From positions 34,945 through 98,944 of the forward strand of contig JAOPTX010000044.1 of the NCBI GenBank assembly GCA_051532055.1: DNA of 64,000 nt, read 5' to 3'. The notes under the pieces were generated by a model. That model was given only the letters and a program-made list of their open reading frames with translations. It did no database searches and was not told the DNA's origin. The position numbers and the translations under genes were made by a program. The number at the start of each line of letters is the position of its first letter. The first letter of the stretch is position 1. Origin of the DNA: Fibrobacterales bacterium. Lineage in GTDB: Bacteria > Fibrobacterota > Fibrobacteria > Fibrobacterales > JAOPTW01. Shown here in pieces: positions 1-10,386 of this stretch.

Positions 1-2032
1 CCTCAGGAGTAATTTTGACATCTTTCGATTCAATTACTTTTCCTTTCTCATTGAGCACTTGAAGGGTGAGGCTAAAAGGAGCAACACGAAGCTCGTTGAG
101 TAAAGTGAGATTAAAGTTAATTTCTGAACCTGTTTCCACAGCGCGGTCTAGATTATGCACAATGATTTGAGATACTGAGGTAACTTCTTTAAGGGGTGGA
201 ATACAACTTTTGGGCTGGTGTGTTAGATCAGCAAGACCATTCATTATCTGTTTAGTATCAGCCCAGCTATCAAGTATAAATCCACTCGATTGTTCATTCG
301 AGCGAATGGCATTTACTTTGTTGATAATTGCTTTTGTTGCGAGAGTATTTGCATCTGCAATAAAGTCTTCATGGGTATCCCATATAGTTTTAAATACTGG
401 TTCTGCAGCAAGGGCTTTAATCTCTTTCTCAAAAGAATAGAGCTTTTTGTAAACATCAGTACCTTTATGGGCTTTCAGATATTTGTATACTTCTTTAAAA
501 TCAGGAAAAAGTGTGTGGTTATTTGTAGTAACAAGAATTTTTCCTGTGAGTCCTTTGTACATTGTTTCGTAATGGTCATGGAAATCTTCGTCACCAAAAT
601 ATTTGTTAGGCACTTCAGTAATGTCACTTGCTTTATTACAGTATTCACTTAAAAAATGAGATTGCTTTTTGTTAACACTCATTTCTGGGTGAAGCTCATG
701 TGAATTATACAGTGATACTTTTTCGTTTGTAATTCCGAGTACTTTACCAGTATCAGAATCGTATTCACCTTCACCTGAGATGAAGACAGCGTTGAGGTTT
801 GAAAAAACAACCCGAGCTTCATCTATTTTATCAGTATGTTTGAGTAGCTTTGTTCCGTTTTCAAGCATAAGGGTGCCATTATCAGAACCAAGACTCCATG
901 CGATAACAGAGGGATGAGTTTTTTGGTAGTTAATGATTGCTTCAATAAAATCCCGTGCAAGTTCAAGCGCTTCTTTTGATGCTTTTTGTCTATGAATAGG
1001 CATCTCTTGAATAACAAAGAGTCCAAGCTCATCACAAATGGTTAAGGCAGCGTTACTCATAGGAGAACCACCACTTTTAATGAGGTTAAACCCGAGAGCT
1101 TTGATGGTCACTAATTCACTACGGAGCGATTTAGTGCTTTCAGGAAGGGCGCCAGTCAGTGCATAACTGTTTGTAAAGTTGACACCACGAATTTTTACAA
1201 TTTTATCATTGAGGTAAAAATCACCACGAAGTACATCTGACTTTCTTAATCCAAATTTCTTGGTTACACCAAATGACATCTCGAGGTATACTTCAATAAC
1301 ATAGAGTTCAGGTTCTTCAAGAGTCCAGAAAACAGGATCTTTGATATTGAATTGTGTTTTATGAATTGCATTTTCTTTATCAAGTTTTGTCTCAATAGTA
1401 TTCATGCCAATGGGCCCATCAGGTGCAGTGAGAACATAATGGATTTTTGCATTAAAGTTTTTTGAATTTGAAAAACGAGTTTCAACACGTATTTTTTTAC
1501 CGTCATAATCAGGGATAATATTGACGTCAAGAATACAGGCTTTTTTCCAGTAAACAAGTTGAGCTGATCCCCAAATCCCACCAAAGGGGCTTTGTTCAAA
1601 TAGGGCGCCATGTGCAACGTCACAACTTGCGTGACCTTCAAAATCAAGAGTACCATTGAGTGTTGATACACGAATACAGATTGTGTTCTCTTTTTCGATA
1701 TCAATAAATTTGGTAAGATTGATCTCTGCAGGCTTGTATCCACTGAGTACTTCTTGAACTAATACACCATTAGACCAGATTGAAAATTTCATAAAAACTT
1801 TTTCAAGTTTTAGAATTACTTTTTTAACGAGTGTTGGATCTTCAAAAGAAAATGTCTTGAAATAGAATCCTACATTGTCAGTAGACTTAAGTGTATTTTT
1901 TTTCCAGGTATGAGGAAGGGTAACAGTTTCAGTCCCTGAAGGGCTATTAACATGCCACCGCTTATCGAGCCCAATTCCATCGCCATCGAGACAAAATTGC
2001 CAATCCTGATTAAAATCCAATACAGCAGCCAT
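1..2032 (-). CDS. Glycoside hydrolase family 2-like protein (C-terminus runs off the window; absent from the ORF track)
   Basis: Manual translation from ATG at 2032 (AGGA RBS upstream): MAAVLDFNQDWQF...VTLPHTW...KIRGVNF...KALGFNLIKSGGSP...ICDELGLFVIQE...THPSVIAWSLGSD. This is the GH2 sugar-binding/Ig/TIM-barrel layout. Confidence 0.8.
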   Translation of the reverse strand, partial: MAAVLDFNQDWQFCLDGDGIGLDKRWHVNSPSGTETVTLPHTWKKNTLKSTDNVGFYFKTFSFEDPTLVKKVILKLEKVFMKFSIWSNGVLVQEVLSGYKPAEINLTKFIDIEKENTICIRVSTLNGTLDFEGHASCDVAHGALFEQSPFGGIWGSAQLVYWKKACILDVNIIPDYDGKKIRVETRFSNSKNFNAKIHYVLTAPDGPIGMNTIETKLDKENAIHKTQFNIKDPVFWTLEEPELYVIEVYLEMSFGVTKKFGLRKSDVLRGDFYLNDKIVKIRGVNFTNSYALTGALPESTKSLRSELVTIKALGFNLIKSGGSPMSNAALTICDELGLFVIQEMPIHRQKASKEALELARDFIEAIINYQKTHPSVIAWSLGSDNGTLMLENGTKLLKHTDKIDEARVVFSNLNAVFISGEGEYDSDTGKVLGITNEKVSLYNSHELHPEMSVNKKQSHFLSEYCNKASDITEVPNKYFGDEDFHDHYETMYKGLTGKILVTTNNHTLFPDFKEVYKYLKAHKGTDVYKKLYSFEKEIKALAAEPVFKTIWDTHEDFIADANTLATKAIINKVNAIRSNEQSSGFILDSWADTKQIMNGLADLTHQPKSCIPPLKEVTSVSQIIVHNLDRAVETGSEINFNLTLLNELRVAPFSLTLQVLNEKGKVIESKDVKITPE

Positions 2033-2127
2033 AGTAGTCCTATTAATAAGTAATTTGGCCTATAAGATAGTAAAAATAGAGGGATTTGTCAGGAATCATA
2101 TGAGTTCAATGGAGCTCATTCTGATGA

Positions 2128-2802
2128 TCACGAAATGTGTTGAAAAATGTAATTAGTCTCTTTGATGACGCCAAGACTCATAGAGGGGACATGTCCATAG
2201 TTATGGCCGCAATAAACCTCTAAAGTATCTGGCAAGGGGAGGATGATCTCTTTCAGGCTATTTAAGAGGGTGTCGACGTTACCACCTTCTAAATCTGTTC
2301 TGCCACAGCCTTCGTGGAAGAGGGTGTCGCCTACAATCAATGTATCATCAAATTGTATGCATATGCCACCAGGAGAATGGCCAGGAGTATGGTGGATTGT
2401 AAAAAGAGATTCACCAATAGAGAATGGTGAGTTATTGGTGATACTTTTAATGGACCGTTCTTCGATATCAGTTTTTTTGAGAATCCATGGCTTTTCTTGC
2501 GGGTGACAATAAAGCGGAATAGAGTGTTTTTTAATAAGTTCTAAAGCCCCTGGGACTTCTATACCATAAGCGTTTCCACCAATATGATCAAAATGGTGGT
2601 GTGTAGCAATTAAACCTGTAAGGGTGTAGCCATCTTGTGTAATGAGTTGGTGGAGTTCATCAGGAGCCCAAGTAGGGTCCACTAACATGCACTCTTTGCT
2701 TATGCTGCAGCCAATTGCGTATGAAAAATTTGCCATGCCACGGGCATTGGGGTCGTCAGAGGCATGGTCGGATCCTGAAAGAAATTGTCTAAAATAGGTC
2801 AC
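2128..2802 (-). CDS. MBL-fold metallo-hydrolase (glyoxalase II-like)
   Basis: THHHFDHIGG, HTPGHSPG, GDTLF, GRTDL and CGHNY motifs. Likely GTG start at 2802 overlaps the upstream gene's TAG. Confidence 0.85.
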   Translation of the reverse strand: MTYFRQFLSGSDHASDDPNARGMANFSYAIGCSISKECMLVDPTWAPDELHQLITQDGYTLTGLIATHHHFDHIGGNAYGIEVPGALELIKKHSIPLYCHPQEKPWILKKTDIEERSIKSITNNSPFSIGESLFTIHHTPGHSPGGICIQFDDTLIVGDTLFHEGCGRTDLEGGNVDTLLNSLKEIILPLPDTLEVYCGHNYGHVPSMSLGVIKETNYIFQHIS

Positions 2803-3734
2803 TAATAAAAGCCAAGGGTTACACTCATAAATGGTTGCATAAAAGTAGACCATTCATGCATAAATGTGTAGTCATTTTCTGTTAGTCCCGCTGTGCCTTT
2901 TATTTTTACTGGGTCTATGGCAAGCTTCCATATTTGATATGAGCTGCGTACTCCTCCAGAAATATGAATATTGTTCCATCCAATACGGACGCCCGCTCCA
3001 TAAGCATACCCCCAAAACTGTCCATTTTCAAAGTCGGTAGCACTTTGGTCAAGAAATGTTTTTCCTGTTATTCCGGAGCCATAGAGGTGTGGATAGATTG
3101 AGATGTTTGATTTGGTATTGGTGTACACCGGATACCCAATTTCGATTCCTGGTTGGATGATAAGGTTGAGCATTGAGATGTCACGATTGTGGGTTCCACT
3201 TTGAAGCGAGAGATTACTTTTTTGTCCTCCTATGACGAGTTGGATTCCAATGAGATTGTTGATAGGGAGGTTGCCTGATATGCCAAAAATAGTACCGTGA
3301 CTACTTGAGGTAAGGTCAAATGACGATGCGGTGCCTGATGTGTCATCTGTGGGGGTGTAATCAGTGTAGGAAACTTTTTGATAGTCCACATCCCCAAAAC
3401 TAATATAAAGCCCAATAGTTGGGGTTACTTCATACTCTTTTAACTCAAGGGTTTTGGCGTCATCAACAAAGGTTGGTGTTGCCCGGTCCACAGTATGGCC
3501 TTCAGAGGCTTCTCTCTCCTTTTTCCTTTTAAGTCGCTCAATTTCACGCTGGCGTTCTTCAGCAATTAATAGATTTTCTTTTTTTAAAAGATCAGCTTGG
3601 ACGATTTCAGCTTCCGAAATCATGATGTTTTTTGGGTTTGGGGGAGCAGGAAGAGCAGAGTGTAATTCCTGTGCGACACTGGCAGTCGCAGTGAGGGCAA
3701 TAACAGTAGTAAGTATTGATGCGAGCGATTTCAT
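2802..3734 (-). CDS. Secreted/outer-membrane beta-barrel-like protein
   Basis: Signal peptide, charged coiled linker, amphipathic beta-strands, aromatic C-terminus (VTLGFY). Confidence 0.55.
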   Translation of the reverse strand: MKSLASILTTVIALTATASVAQELHSALPAPPNPKNIMISEAEIVQADLLKKENLLIAEERQREIERLKRKKEREASEGHTVDRATPTFVDDAKTLELKEYEVTPTIGLYISFGDVDYQKVSYTDYTPTDDTSGTASSFDLTSSSHGTIFGISGNLPINNLIGIQLVIGGQKSNLSLQSGTHNRDISMLNLIIQPGIEIGYPVYTNTKSNISIYPHLYGSGITGKTFLDQSATDFENGQFWGYAYGAGVRIGWNNIHISGGVRSSYQIWKLAIDPVKIKGTAGLTENDYTFMHEWSTFMQPFMSVTLGFY

Positions 3735-3889
3735 ACTATCCTCAGAGGCTATGACAGATATATCCCGTTGTGTTAATCACAATAAGAGATTGTATAGGTC
3801 GTGTAATTGTTGCTTGTTTCATGCAAATTCATTTTTATTATATCATTATTTGATATATTTGTGAAGAATAAAATCATAGTGAGAGTAGA

Positions 3890-4414
3890 GTGAACAAGGC
3901 TATTTTACTTGACCGGGATGGCACACTCAATGTTGATCACGGGTATGTCTATCGGATAGAAGATTTTGAGTGGATTTCGGGGGTTCCTGAAGCGTTAAAA
4001 ATGCTCACCGATGCAGGGTATATGCTTATGGTCATCTCTAATCAATCGGGGATTTCTCGAGGATATTATTCTCACACAGACCTTGAAATTCTAGAGCATT
4101 CAATGGTTTCTAGGCTTAAAGAATATGGGGTCACAATTGATGGGTTTTATTATTGTCCACATCAAACAAGTGATAGATGTCAGTGTAGAAAACCCTTGCC
4201 ACAACTAGTAGAACGGGCCATGGCAGACTTTGACATTGATCCAGTATCTTCTTGGATGGTGGGTGACAGAGTACGTGATCTTCAATCAGCAGAAGAAGCT
4301 GGGTTTCAGCTTGCTGGTGTACATAATGATGAGCATAATGATGAGTTTGTGGGTACGGCCTATAAGGTGTATCCATCTCTGAAAGAATTTGTTTCGGATT
4401 TGTTAAAAATGTAA
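3890..4414 (+). CDS. gmhB: D-glycero-D-manno-heptose 1,7-bisphosphate phosphatase (HAD IIIA)
   Basis: LLDRDGTLN, SNQSGI, YYCPH...CQCRKP, MVGDR motifs. Confidence 0.85.
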   Translation: MNKAILLDRDGTLNVDHGYVYRIEDFEWISGVPEALKMLTDAGYMLMVISNQSGISRGYYSHTDLEILEHSMVSRLKEYGVTIDGFYYCPHQTSDRCQCRKPLPQLVERAMADFDIDPVSSWMVGDRVRDLQSAEEAGFQLAGVHNDEHNDEFVGTAYKVYPSLKEFVSDLLKM

Positions 4415-4426
4415 CTTCTCGGCCTT

Positions 4427-4972
4427 TTAACTTTTCGGCTTGATAGAAGAGACCACTGTTTGGTGTATATATCCTTCATACCCGTTAGCTTTAGCGTGAA
4501 ACCAATCATTCACCTTTTTAATCTTTAAGAGACGAGTCCCGTTTGGGAATGCTTTTATAGGGGTTGCGCCGGCTTTAGGTTCTGTCCTAAGAATGGCACC
4601 ATTCTTAGGCTTTATATAAATAGCATTTACCCGTCCTTCACTATTTGTGGGATGAACGAGTTGTTTGATTTTTGCAAAATGGTCGGGTGTCGTTGCTGCT
4701 GTTTTATAAATATAGCCTTGTGATCCATTGTAGCTAATGAGGTACCAGTCGTTATGCATGCTGATAAGCGATATTGTTTCTCCAAATGGCGCTTGATCAA
4801 TAAGGGAAGCATGTTGAGTGGGGGCGCTTCGGAGTGTTGCTTGAGAATCGATAATGACGAGGAATGTACCTTTGAGTGGCTCTTGTTTTTTGGAACGTCG
4901 GGCAAGGTTAGATGAGATTGTAGTCGACATTACCAAAAGTGCAATAAGAAGAGTAAGATATCTTTTTTTCAT
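4427..4972 (-). CDS. Secreted protein with two bacterial SH3 (SH3b) domains
   Basis: Signal peptide MKKRYLTLL; two repeats of the type LR.P....W.....G..GYI. Confidence 0.75.
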   Translation of the reverse strand: MKKRYLTLLIALLVMSTTISSNLARRSKKQEPLKGTFLVIIDSQATLRSAPTQHASLIDQAPFGETISLISMHNDWYLISYNGSQGYIYKTAATTPDHFAKIKQLVHPTNSEGRVNAIYIKPKNGAILRTEPKAGATPIKAFPNGTRLLKIKKVNDWFHAKANGYEGYIHQTVVSSIKPKS

Positions 4973-5132
4973 AGTATACATCAGGTTCAAAATCATGAGG
5001 TTGACCTTACTGTATCACTATTATAATGGAGATGCAACGTAAATCTGGGTAAAAAAGACAAAAAAAGCTAAAATATTGTAGTTATTTTAGCTTAATGCCT
5101 CTCTTTGGGAGGTAGATCTATTTTAGTAGAAG

Positions 5133-5339
5133 TTATTTCTTTTTGAGGTTTTCCTCAGCTTTGATAACTTCGGGATTTTTGCGCGCCTCTTTAACCATAT
5201 TTTTAATACGATCTTCAGGGTGCATTAATAATTTGCGCTGCATGGCAGGGCTCAGCATATCTGCAAGAGTACCCACTGAGTGAGTTGTTTCGGTAGGTTT
5301 TTTACCTTTATTTTTTCTTGCTTTTTTCTTGTTATCCAT
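5133..5339 (-). CDS. Small basic hypothetical protein
   Basis: 68-aa ORF with GGAG RBS, directly downstream of the deaminase gene. Confidence 0.55.
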   Translation of the reverse strand: MDNKKKARKNKGKKPTETTHSVGTLADMLSPAMQRKLLMHPEDRIKNMVKEARKNPEVIKAEENLKKK

Positions 5340-5354
5340 TCCTGCTCCCGTGTA

Positions 5355-5795
5355 TTAACTGTTATCAATATCTATACATTTGACTTCGGTAAAGTGAGAT
5401 GAGGCTTCTAACCAAATCTCTGCATACTGAAGTTGTTCATACGGTTTGGCATACACTACCCGCTTAACCCCTGCGTTTATCAGGTGTTGTAGGCACCGAT
5501 GACACGGCTGATACGTGCAGTAGAGCGTTGTACCTTGGGTGTCAAAGGGACAGTTCATGAGAGCGTTCATTTCGGCATGAATTACATATTCATACTTAAT
5601 AGGACGCTTCCATCGTTCGTCAGTCTCTTCCATTCCTCGCGAAAATCCATTGTACCCAAATGAAATCTGCCTATTATCTGGCGTAACTATCAGTGCTGCT
5701 ACTTGTGTCTTCGGATCTTTAGACAGAGTTGCTGGAACTCTGGCCATTTTAAGAAACATGACATCGAAATCAAACTGAGTGGGCATAAACATCAA
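5355..5795 (-). CDS. dCMP deaminase (ComEB family)
   Basis: SKDP..QV, GYNG, HAEMNA and PCHRC zinc motifs. Confidence 0.9.
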   Translation of the reverse strand: MMFMPTQFDFDVMFLKMARVPATLSKDPKTQVAALIVTPDNRQISFGYNGFSRGMEETDERWKRPIKYEYVIHAEMNALMNCPFDTQGTTLYCTYQPCHRCLQHLINAGVKRVVYAKPYEQLQYAEIWLEASSHFTEVKCIDIDNS

Positions 5796-5911
5796 CGGAT
5801 TTTGTAAACCGAGGTAATGATAGTTAAAGTTAGGGGAATGTTAAAGAGGGGGGGGGAGAGATGAATCAAAAAGAGTGGTAAAAAAGGGATATTTTCCCCT
5901 CAGGAGGGCCG

Positions 5912-6829
5912 TTATTTGAGCATTTTGCTATTCACACTCTGGCCAAGGGTGTGAAGACCCATTTCTGAACTCAGTTTTGCACTCTGTTGACAAATAGGGA
6001 GCATGGTGTTTGCATATTTATGGAGCTCATTACTTCGCCAAATACGTCCGAGAAACTCAATTTCAACGCTTAAATATTTTTCTACTATCTTAATAAATCC
6101 ACCAGTGTGACTATCTTTTTGCCCCCGTTCCATTTTATTTGAGATCAGAAACGGTTTAAAGGTGTTGAGCCATTCAATACATTTCTTACTTAATACAGGG
6201 TCGGCATCATGAACATACGCAATAAGCTCTTGGACACTTTTAAATGTTTTTTCGGAGCGTGGATCTGTCCCTTCACCGATAGTCTGAGCAAGCTCTTTAT
6301 TTGATTTGACAAGAGCAACAATATTTCGGTATACACAACTTTTTATAAACCCATAGGCGTTTTCGAAGGATGAAATACCCGGCTCAATGACAACGACTCC
6401 CACAGGAGAGATAATGAAGAAGTCTATCACATTTGGATAGGTACCCGCTCCAAGGTCGAGTAATATATAGTCCGCTTCTAAAGTGTTGATACTGCGAATA
6501 AGCTTCATTTTCTGGGTATATTTCGGATTTGAAAGAGAGAGAATGTCACTTGCACCGCAGATGATACTGAGATTAGGGATTTTTGTGGGGAGTATCACAT
6601 CTTGGATAGAATCAACACGTTTTTTAATGAAATCGTTCAGAGTATGAGATGGATGGGGGATACCAACGCTACTATGGAGATTGGCGCCACCGAGGTCTGC
6701 GTCAATTAAGATAACCTTTTTACCACTTTGAGCGAGCATTGTACCAATGTTGCTGGTCATGAAGGACTTGCCTACTCCGCCTTTTCCACCGCCAAAGGCG
6801 ATTATTTTATTGAAAAAATGGTTACTCAC
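5912..6829 (-). CDS. MinD/FlhG(FleN)-like ParA-family ATPase
   Basis: Deviant Walker A GGKGGVGKS, IDADLGGANLH, DLGAG. Confidence 0.85.
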   Translation of the reverse strand: MSNHFFNKIIAFGGGKGGVGKSFMTSNIGTMLAQSGKKVILIDADLGGANLHSSVGIPHPSHTLNDFIKKRVDSIQDVILPTKIPNLSIICGASDILSLSNPKYTQKMKLIRSINTLEADYILLDLGAGTYPNVIDFFIISPVGVVVIEPGISSFENAYGFIKSCVYRNIVALVKSNKELAQTIGEGTDPRSEKTFKSVQELIAYVHDADPVLSKKCIEWLNTFKPFLISNKMERGQKDSHTGGFIKIVEKYLSVEIEFLGRIWRSNELHKYANTMLPICQQSAKLSSEMGLHTLGQSVNSKMLK

Positions 6830-6830
6830 G

Positions 6831-7595
6831 TTAAAATACCTTCTTAATTAGTTTCCATGAAGGGGAAGAACCTCTGCAGGATTTCGTGTTACACGAGTCG
6901 AAAGGAAATCCTTTCATAAAATACTCTTTTGCAGCGCACTCTATGCACTCATACTCGCCAGAGAGGATGCAAATCTCAATATTTTTATTTTGATCAAAAT
7001 AACTGAAACTTACGTTGGAGTCAATGATTTCGGGAATTAGCAGGCGAGGAGATTCTTTTTTCTCTTCTGCCCTAACATCATGATGCTCATTTGGCTCTGG
7101 TGTTTCAGGATCTGTTGGTACCTCAGCTTCTTGATCCGCTTCTTGCCGAATACTTTCATTCTGCTCCTTATATTTTGAGGCATGGTGTAGAGCATACTGA
7201 GTAATGGTCGATTGCATTGCCCCATCAGTATCAGTTATTGTGACGCCAATTGAGGCACCTGTTTCGAGAAATATCTTACTGTCTGAATAGAGGTCTATCC
7301 CTGTGTTAGCATAGAGTTCATTAAATTCTTGAGTAAAAATAGTTGGTGGAGCACAAATACTGATTGATAAGCCTTGTGATTGCATCTCTGTAATAAGTGA
7401 AGAAAATGGAGTGAGGAGCATAATATCATAGTGGTTGATCTCTTGTAAATTAACCATGACATTGGTACTGGAATGGTAGACACAGAGAGCAAGGGCATAC
7501 TCTAGGGTGTCGAGTGACTTTTCACCCGTTTCACCAGGTAAAACGATAATCTCGATATACTGTCTGTCTGATAGATCCATACCCTGGTCTTTCAT
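6831..7595 (-). CDS. Hypothetical protein with STAS-like N-terminus, acidic linker and C-terminal Cys4 zinc-ribbon-like motif
   Basis: C-terminal YECIEC...CNTKSC; start moved to ATG 7595 to avoid overlap with the divergent gene; start uncertain. Confidence 0.5.
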   Translation of the reverse strand: MKDQGMDLSDRQYIEIIVLPGETGEKSLDTLEYALALCVYHSSTNVMVNLQEINHYDIMLLTPFSSLITEMQSQGLSISICAPPTIFTQEFNELYANTGIDLYSDSKIFLETGASIGVTITDTDGAMQSTITQYALHHASKYKEQNESIRQEADQEAEVPTDPETPEPNEHHDVRAEEKKESPRLLIPEIIDSNVSFSYFDQNKNIEICILSGEYECIECAAKEYFMKGFPFDSCNTKSCRGSSPSWKLIKKVF

Positions 7596-7662
7596 TAAAA
7601 TGTTATAATTGTGGTAATAATGATATTGTACCACATTTCTCTCCTCTGTGGGTAAAAAAGAT

Positions 7663-9792
7663 ATGGCAACTGTAGCTCTGTTCACTCCTCCATTCTCTCA
7701 ACTCAATACCCCTTATTCGGCAATGCCGTTTTTAGCGGGAACACTCCGTGAATATGGGCACAACCCACGTCAGTTTGATGTGGGTATTTCGATCTTTCTT
7801 AGGCTCTTCTGTTCAAAAGGGTTAGCACGTTTTTTTACCCTACTCCAGGACGATTTCGAGCTTGATACTGAATTATCTACACACTATCAGAGAACCATCG
7901 ATCAGGTAATCACTTATTTACAAGGCAAGTGGCCCGAAGGCAGTGCATCAATCAATGGTATGGGGTTTTTACCTGAGGGGCCTCGGTTCAATGCTTTAGA
8001 GGAACTCGGAGATATTTTCCTAGAGATGTCTATTGAAGACCAAGCCCATTATCGCGCTTCGCTCTATATAGATGATTTAACTGATCTAATGCAGCAAACT
8101 ATTTTACCTGGATTTGGTCTCTCAAAGTATAATGATCGATTAGGGATGAGTGCCCGAACGTTTGATGCCATTGAAGAGAGCCTTTCACAAAGTGATTTAA
8201 TTGATACGCTTATTGGTGAGTATCTTTCTGAAATGGATTTTGAAGGTTATGATCTTTGCGCTATAACGGTACCTTTCCCAGGGAATCTCTTTGGAGCACT
8301 CTCCATAGGACGATGGTTCAAAAAGAACTATTCAATGATTCCAGTGGTACTTGGAGGGGGATATGTAAATTCTGAGCTGCGTGAATTAACTGATACAAGG
8401 ATATTTGATTATTGCGACTACATTTGCTTTGATGATGGTGAACGTCCCCTTTTGCAACTTTTGGAGTACTTAAAAAGTGGTGACACTCATGCCCTCTATC
8501 GGACTATGGTGAAAGGTAATACAGGGGTTCAGTGGTGTAATAATACCAATATTACTGACATACACGTGAACGAAGTGGGGGTGCCTGATTATGGGGCCCT
8601 TGATCTCACTCAATATATTACTCTGTATGAATCATTTAACCCAATGCATACTCTATGGTCTCAGAAAGGGTGGCTTAAATTGAGGGCAGCCCATGGTTGT
8701 TATTGGAAAAAATGTTCATTCTGCGATGTCTCATTGGATTATATCGCGCGGTATCAGTCTGCTTCAATTGAGTATCTGGTGAATACCGTCGAAAGTATCG
8801 TAGCTGAGACGGGGTGTAGAACATTTCATTTTGTTGATGAGGCTTTTCCACCCAAAAGTGCAAAACTTTTTTCTCTCGAAGTGATTCGTCGAGGACTCGA
8901 TATAGAATGGTGGGGTAATATACGATTTGAAACAGCGTATACTCAAGATGTCGCCTTTTTAATGGCCCGTGCTGGATGTGTTGCAGTGACAGGAGGGCTC
9001 GAAGCGGTAACGAATAGTGTTCTTGATGCAATGAATAAAGGAGTGTCAACTGAGAGTGCTGCAACAACAGCAGGTAATTTTGCCCGTGCGGGTGTATTAA
9101 CTCATGCCTATCTCATTTATAGTTTTCCAGGGCAGGTTATTCAGGATGGTGTTGATGCATTAGAAATTATTCGCCAGATGTATAGCTGTGGTGTGATCGA
9201 CTCTACTTTTTGGCATCGATTTTCATTGACGACTCATAGTCCTGTAGCGAAGAATCCAGAGGTGTATGGTGTTGAATATGATGCGACTCCCGCACCTTTT
9301 GCCAATAATGACCTTCCGTATAGTGGGGGTGGGTCTATTGATGTATTGGCTGATGGTCTTAAAAAAGCGAATTATAATTTTATGTATGGCGCAGGTGTAG
9401 ATAATGAAATTGCGTCCTGGTTTGACTGTGAGGTCCCCAGTCCAACAGTAGCGAAAAATTTCATAGAGCAATCTCTAATGAAGCCATTGCTTCCACCAAA
9501 AGGAACGAAACGGGTGGTATGGTTAGGGGGGGCGGTACAGTATACAAAAAGTGGTTCGACTCAGGCACAGTTTACTTGTAAAGTAAATGGGGTGAAAACT
9601 GATTTTGCCATACCCTATACTGTTGCTGCATGGTGTAAGAAAGTATGCACCACTGGTGATATCAAAAAGCAGGAACAGCTCAGTTGGAATGAAGCGCTTT
9701 CGTGGTACCCTTCAGGAACCACTATTGTTGAGGATCTTATAGAGTCGGAATTTTGGTTTGTGTTGAAAAATGCTGGTTTAGTCGTTATATAA
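7663..9792 (+). CDS. B12-binding-domain radical SAM protein
   Basis: PPFSQLNTPY N-terminus, VVLGGGY, CYWKKCSFC (CxxxCxxC), FHFVDEA, GGLE. Confidence 0.85.
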   Translation: MATVALFTPPFSQLNTPYSAMPFLAGTLREYGHNPRQFDVGISIFLRLFCSKGLARFFTLLQDDFELDTELSTHYQRTIDQVITYLQGKWPEGSASINGMGFLPEGPRFNALEELGDIFLEMSIEDQAHYRASLYIDDLTDLMQQTILPGFGLSKYNDRLGMSARTFDAIEESLSQSDLIDTLIGEYLSEMDFEGYDLCAITVPFPGNLFGALSIGRWFKKNYSMIPVVLGGGYVNSELRELTDTRIFDYCDYICFDDGERPLLQLLEYLKSGDTHALYRTMVKGNTGVQWCNNTNITDIHVNEVGVPDYGALDLTQYITLYESFNPMHTLWSQKGWLKLRAAHGCYWKKCSFCDVSLDYIARYQSASIEYLVNTVESIVAETGCRTFHFVDEAFPPKSAKLFSLEVIRRGLDIEWWGNIRFETAYTQDVAFLMARAGCVAVTGGLEAVTNSVLDAMNKGVSTESAATTAGNFARAGVLTHAYLIYSFPGQVIQDGVDALEIIRQMYSCGVIDSTFWHRFSLTTHSPVAKNPEVYGVEYDATPAPFANNDLPYSGGGSIDVLADGLKKANYNFMYGAGVDNEIASWFDCEVPSPTVAKNFIEQSLMKPLLPPKGTKRVVWLGGAVQYTKSGSTQAQFTCKVNGVKTDFAIPYTVAAWCKKVCTTGDIKKQEQLSWNEALSWYPSGTTIVEDLIESEFWFVLKNAGLVVI

Positions 9793-9798
9793 GAATAT

Positions 9799-10386
9799 TT
9801 ACTTTACCACAAAGTGTGCAGTATCAGCTCCATAAAGGCCAGAGTTGTCACGAGCTCTTAATATTACGGGGAGTTGCGGAGTCGGTTTGTTTGGAGCGAT
9901 AAAGATTGTATCAGTCCGGTTCGTTTTAACGTAGGGACCATTGCCAATTTTCCATTCAAGTTGCGTAATCTCTCCAAGACCATCAGATGCTATAGCTATA
10001 ATCGAAATAGTATCCAGTGGTGCGATGGTGTCGCCCTCTCTAATTTCGACCATAGGGAAATCCATTTTTTGGTATGCATTGAGTTTTTGTATCGTTTTAG
10101 AGTCCATTTGTTTTAGGTACTGAGTATCATATTCACTTATGTGGCCATAAATATTGTCTGATTTTACCTGATACCACTCTTCAGTTTTTGAAATTACTTT
10201 AAATCGAGTCCCAAAGGGAAGTGCCGCTTTAATTGGGGCATTTTCATGAGGGCCTTCTCTGAGGTAGGCGTTCTCCTGGACTATAAAAATATAAGGAGGA
10301 AGTTTGGACTTTGGGCCTGCTCCAAGATGTGAAAGAAGCAGTACTGCAAGTGAGAGTAGGAGTGAAAGTGAGAGTCTGTGGGGCAT
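9799..10386 (-). CDS. Secreted SH3b-domain protein with C-terminal Ig/PKD-like segment
   Basis: Signal peptide; AYLREGP...PFG...WYQV...YGHI; C-terminal ILRARDNSG. Confidence 0.65.
   Translation of the reverse strand: MPHRLSLSLLLSLAVLLLSHLGAGPKSKLPPYIFIVQENAYLREGPHENAPIKAALPFGTRFKVISKTEEWYQVKSDNIYGHISEYDTQYLKQMDSKTIQKLNAYQKMDFPMVEIREGDTIAPLDTISIIAIASDGLGEITQLEWKIGNGPYVKTNRTDTIFIAPNKPTPQLPVILRARDNSGLYGADTAHFVVK

Noticed and set aside
210..1743. Short track ORFs 210..440, 290..652, 823..1035 and 1402..1743
   Set aside because: Shadows of the long minus-strand GH2-like frame starting at 2032, which the track missed because its stop lies outside the window.
5848..5856. Intergenic G9 run
   Set aside because: No clear promoter context to support phase variation.
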